From: Thermoplasmatota archaeon
Lineage (GTDB): Archaea; Thermoplasmatota; E2; DHVEG-1; B18-G2
DNA length: 64,000 nt
Reading direction: 5' to 3'
NCBI GenBank assembly: GCA_029259115.1
Contig: JAPDJO010000027.1
Coordinates: 9,454-73,453, forward strand
Shown: positions 60,775 to 64,000 of the stretch, one piece after another
Numbering within the stretch: the stretch's first letter is position 1
Layout: each line of letters opens with the position of its first letter
Notes under the pieces: generated by a model
Database searches by the model: none
Seen by the model: only the letters and a program-made list of their open reading frames with translations
What the model was told of the DNA's origin: nothing
Translations under genes and position numbers: made by a program

Positions 60775-62025
60775 CTAAATAAGCATTAGCATTAACAGTA
60801 GATGGATTACAATTAGAGAAATAGATGAAGGCGCCACCGCCTTGTAAAATTTTGTTATATCTGGCTTAAAATATTCATTTGTCACAACCATACAGAGGTG
60901 GAGAGGAGATATAAGATAACCCACGAAGGAGCTTACATAGAGGATACTGACGATTGGAACTATATTACTTCCTACTGAATGGAACAAAGGCTCAACTATT
61001 GGGTAAGAAAGAGCTATGGCTCCAAGGTTGTATCCCATAAAGAATGCTAGCACAAAAGGTATTAAAACTATTAGAAGTAATGGTGGTACGAACGCATTGT
61101 TAGTTAAAGTTTGTATAGACGAAATAACACCAGACGATGTGACCACACCTCTGAATACCATTATACCAACTATAGCGAATGGCAGTCTCCAAGACAGTCC
61201 TCTCTTCAAAATCTTGATTATCTCCTTAGTTTCTCTTTTCTCGATGGCAAATACAGAAAAGATTCCAAATGGTAGAGCAAGAAGGAGAGAGGATACAGAT
61301 TCAAAGTTTAGAAATGTCGATAGCGATAGAGAGAGAATAATCGGTATGACTATAGGTGTGATATAAATCAGCCCGCCTCCATCCGCTCTCTTTTCTGATT
61401 TTAAATTCTTAACCTTTCTCATCATAAAGAATCCGATAACGATCATTACGAAAAATGTTGGGAGCTGAATCAAAATAAGATCATACAGATTTATATTTGC
61501 AAAATCCTTGCTACATATTAGAATTATAGATGTAGACATTGGATATATCAGGAACCATATGTGTCTAAACCAGACGTTGAATATTGCTCTATCTTCTCTC
61601 GATAACCTGAGCTTTTCTCCCTCTTCATCTATCATGGGTGCCGAGAACAGAGCACCTCCAGGCACATGAAGCAGACCTATCACTGCAGGAATCAATGCTA
61701 TCAGTATTTTACTTGAAAATATCCTTCTCAAACTATCTATCAACTTCTCTAAAGAACCTGTTTCCCTCATGGATCTAGCAAGGAGAACTATAAGAAGCAT
61801 CACTAAAGCTAGTTTCAGGGTTGTAAGCTCGAATCTTCCCTCATCTACAGAATAAATAAGAGATTTTAATACGGCTTTACCTATAGCATATGCATCTGTC
61901 TCAGCTAGAGAGAACACAGCTACAATAATCGAACCTATCAGCAAGGATGCTCCAAAATTTATTTTCTTTCTTAAAAGAAGGATGATAACAGTGAAGGATA
62001 GAATAAGTCCTATTAAATTGAGCAT
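60775..62025 (-). CDS. DUF401-family (IT superfamily) membrane transporter
   Basis: PAVIGLL.VPGGALFSAP, NVWFRH, GYLISPLHLC. Confidence 0.85.
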   Translation of the reverse strand: MLNLIGLILSFTVIILLLRKKINFGASLLIGSIIVAVFSLAETDAYAIGKAVLKSLIYSVDEGRFELTTLKLALVMLLIVLLARSMRETGSLEKLIDSLRRIFSSKILIALIPAVIGLLHVPGGALFSAPMIDEEGEKLRLSREDRAIFNVWFRHIWFLIYPMSTSIILICSKDFANINLYDLILIQLPTFFVMIVIGFFMMRKVKNLKSEKRADGGGLIYITPIVIPIILSLSLSTFLNFESVSSLLLALPFGIFSVFAIEKRETKEIIKILKRGLSWRLPFAIVGIMVFRGVVTSSGVISSIQTLTNNAFVPPLLLIVLIPFVLAFFMGYNLGAIALSYPIVEPLFHSVGSNIVPIVSILYVSSFVGYLISPLHLCMVVTNEYFKPDITKFYKAVAPSSISLIVIHLLLMLMLI

Positions 62026-63320
62026 AGAGGTTCACCTGTTAGTCTTTCCGCTTCCTTGTTTGCTCTCTCTATTACCCTATCTTTATCAAGGGTAAAGAGC
62101 TTGCCATCTATCATCAGGACTTTGCCATCGACTATGGTAGCATATACATCTCTGGATCTGCACGCATAGACTACATGCGAAACTGGATCAAAACACGGCG
62201 TTAGATTTGGTTTATCAAAATCTATTATGACTAAATCTGCTATTTTTCCCTCCTCTATACTTCCTACCTTGTTATCAATGTGCAAGGCTTTTGCACCCTC
62301 TATAGTTGCCATATCAAGTATTTCCTGAGCATTAGCAACACATGGATCCCATCGATGATGTTTATGCAGCAAAGCTGCAAACTTCATGGATTCAAACATA
62401 TCTAGCGTATTATTGCTAGCTGCTCCATCTGTACCTAGAGAAACTGTTGCTCCTTCTTTCAAAAGTTCAGGAAGTGGCATAAAGCCGCCTGTAGCAAGTT
62501 TCATGTTGCTGACTGGATTGTGAGATACACTTGCTCCAGCTCTCGCTATCTCCCTGACCTCACCTTTGGTTATCCATCCACAATGAGCTAATATCGCTCT
62601 GTTATTTAGTATCCCTGTTCTCTTGAACTGCTCGACAGGTCTTGCTTTGTATTTTCTCCATACATCATGAACTTCATGTTGAGTTTCTGAGCAATGAGTT
62701 TGAATCAGAAGATTATACTCCTCTGAGATTTCAGCACATTTCTCTAAAGTTTCTGGAGAGCATGTGTATGTCGAGTGTGGAGCTATAGTTGGAGTTACGA
62801 GATCATCTTTCCTCCATCTTTTTACAAAGCTCTCGCATCTTGAGAAAAGTTCATCAAACTTATACTCTGGAGTTCCAAAGTCTAAGAATGAGAATCCCAG
62901 AAAAGCTCTTATTCCGGCTTTTTTGGCTCTTTCTCCAATCACATCCTCAAAAAAATACATATCCGCAAAACATGTTGTACCTGTTAATATCATCTCAAGC
63001 AAGCCAAGATCTGTTCCAGCTGAAATAGCATTTCTATCAAGTTTAGCCTCAACGGGCCATATTCTTGTTTGTAGCCAGTCTTCCAGAATCATGTCATCTC
63101 CATATCCTCTAAGCAGAGTCATGGGAATGTGAGTATGTGTGTTTATCAATCCAGGGATAACTACCTTTTTCCTTCCATCTATCTTAAAATCAGCCTCAAC
63201 ATCTATCGGATTTTCAGAAACTTCTCTTATCAGATTTCCATCTATGTAGATATCTCCTTTTATCTTCCTCCTGTTTTTATCCTGAGTTAATATTAGGGCG
63301 TTCTTTATCAGCACACTCAT
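62013..63320 (-). CDS. mtaD: 5'-methylthioadenosine/SAH (5'-deoxyadenosine) deaminase
   Basis: PGLINTHTH, GTTCFADMY, APHS.Y, HCSET, HNPVSNMKLA, LGTDGAASNN. Confidence 0.88.
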   Translation of the reverse strand: MSVLIKNALILTQDKNRRKIKGDIYIDGNLIREVSENPIDVEADFKIDGRKKVVIPGLINTHTHIPMTLLRGYGDDMILEDWLQTRIWPVEAKLDRNAISAGTDLGLLEMILTGTTCFADMYFFEDVIGERAKKAGIRAFLGFSFLDFGTPEYKFDELFSRCESFVKRWRKDDLVTPTIAPHSTYTCSPETLEKCAEISEEYNLLIQTHCSETQHEVHDVWRKYKARPVEQFKRTGILNNRAILAHCGWITKGEVREIARAGASVSHNPVSNMKLATGGFMPLPELLKEGATVSLGTDGAASNNTLDMFESMKFAALLHKHHRWDPCVANAQEILDMATIEGAKALHIDNKVGSIEEGKIADLVIIDFDKPNLTPCFDPVSHVVYACRSRDVYATIVDGKVLMIDGKLFTLDKDRVIERANKEAERLTGEPLCSI

Positions 63321-63326
63321 AAGACA

Positions 63327-63767
63327 TCATAGATTCTTTGGGACAGTACCACTATTCCAGTAGCTATCAAATAGGTCGTTGAGTTTTAATAGAATGTTCT
63401 TTTCAACGGTTATGACAGCAGGTTCATTCTCTTTGAAGGGTCCAGCGAGAATTATGGCTCTATCCTCACCAAGAGCAAAGCATCCTTTTATGTTTGGATT
63501 GTATCTTACGTTGATACCTTTGAGTTTTTCTTTATCTTTACACTGTTTAACCACCACTCTGGCTCCCGGCGGAATCTCTACATCTAGAAGATACTCGGCC
63601 ACTATTCTTGGGTTTGTTAAAGATTCAAGAGACCATTTACTTGTATACCTTGATGCTGGTTCTGGCTTCTCTTTCTTCCCTGGAAATGTCGTGGATATTG
63701 CTATTATGGCTATTATTGCTCCTATTATAAGACCTATAGCAATAGATATTGCGTCCATGCTCCTCAA
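63327..63767 (-). CDS. single-pass membrane protein with a degenerate PLD/TrmB-like domain
   Basis: N-terminal TM. C-terminal DRAII...E.AVI......LF..YW pattern without HKD. Confidence 0.5.
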   Translation of the reverse strand: MRSMDAISIAIGLIIGAIIAIIAISTTFPGKKEKPEPASRYTSKWSLESLTNPRIVAEYLLDVEIPPGARVVVKQCKDKEKLKGINVRYNPNIKGCFALGEDRAIILAGPFKENEPAVITVEKNILLKLNDLFDSYWNSGTVPKNL

Positions 63768-63858
63768 ATTTTGTATTCCTTAATGGGTTATTATCTTTTT
63801 TATTGTGTTTGGAAAACTACAAAAAGTTGAAGTGAATTAGGGAAGCGAAGGTTTTGAT

Positions 63859-64000
63859 ATGGTAGATGAAGAATTGATGAAAAAAATACAGAATCTGAAG
63901 AAAAGGAACAATGCGATAATTCTTGCTCATAACTATCAGCTTCCAGAGATTCAGGATATTGCAGATTTTGTTGGTGATTCGCTAGATTTAGCTAAGAAGG
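63859..64000 (+). CDS. nadA: quinolinate synthase, 5' part (runs off window)
   Basis: Manual translation: [47 protein letters not shown]. Confidence 0.93.
   Translation, partial: MVDEELMKKIQNLKKRNNAIILAHNYQLPEIQDIADFVGDSLDLAKK

Overview
This window is compact, low-GC archaeal chromosome. Gene content suggests Thermoplasmatota (inferred from the aIF2beta-TRAM fusion, gene order and secreted-protein style). Housekeeping genes include pcn-pop5, srp54, priS-gins-rpl44e-rps27e-aIF2a-nop10-PAC2, pfdA-ftsY, rps6e-aIF2g-PIN, aIF2b, cdrS-ftsZ, pyrH, rfcL, dph2, mtaD, nadA, tRNA-Val(GAC) and tRNA-Ser(GCT). Four accessory regions stand out. (1) 17.4-32.9 kb: a seven-gene surface operon in which a 2577-aa subtilase/adhesin ends in the same two-domain module that makes up the next two secreted proteins, followed by a membrane-anchored chaperone-like protein and a truncated membrane-anchored subunit. 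This looks like a donor-strand-type archaeal filament carrying an enzymatic tip. (2) 47.7-59.8 kb: a second, divergent subunit plus chaperone-like pair with adhesins. (3) 6.8-12.5 kb: a candidate biosynthetic cluster with two PaaK-like adenylating enzymes, a B12 radical SAM enzyme, a nicotianamine-synthase-like enzyme and a divergent CruF-like membrane protein. (4) 3.2-4.2 kb: a PD-(D/E)xK nuclease gene bracketed by a perfect 19-bp direct repeat upstream of PCNA. All family assignments were made by eye from motifs; no database searches were run.
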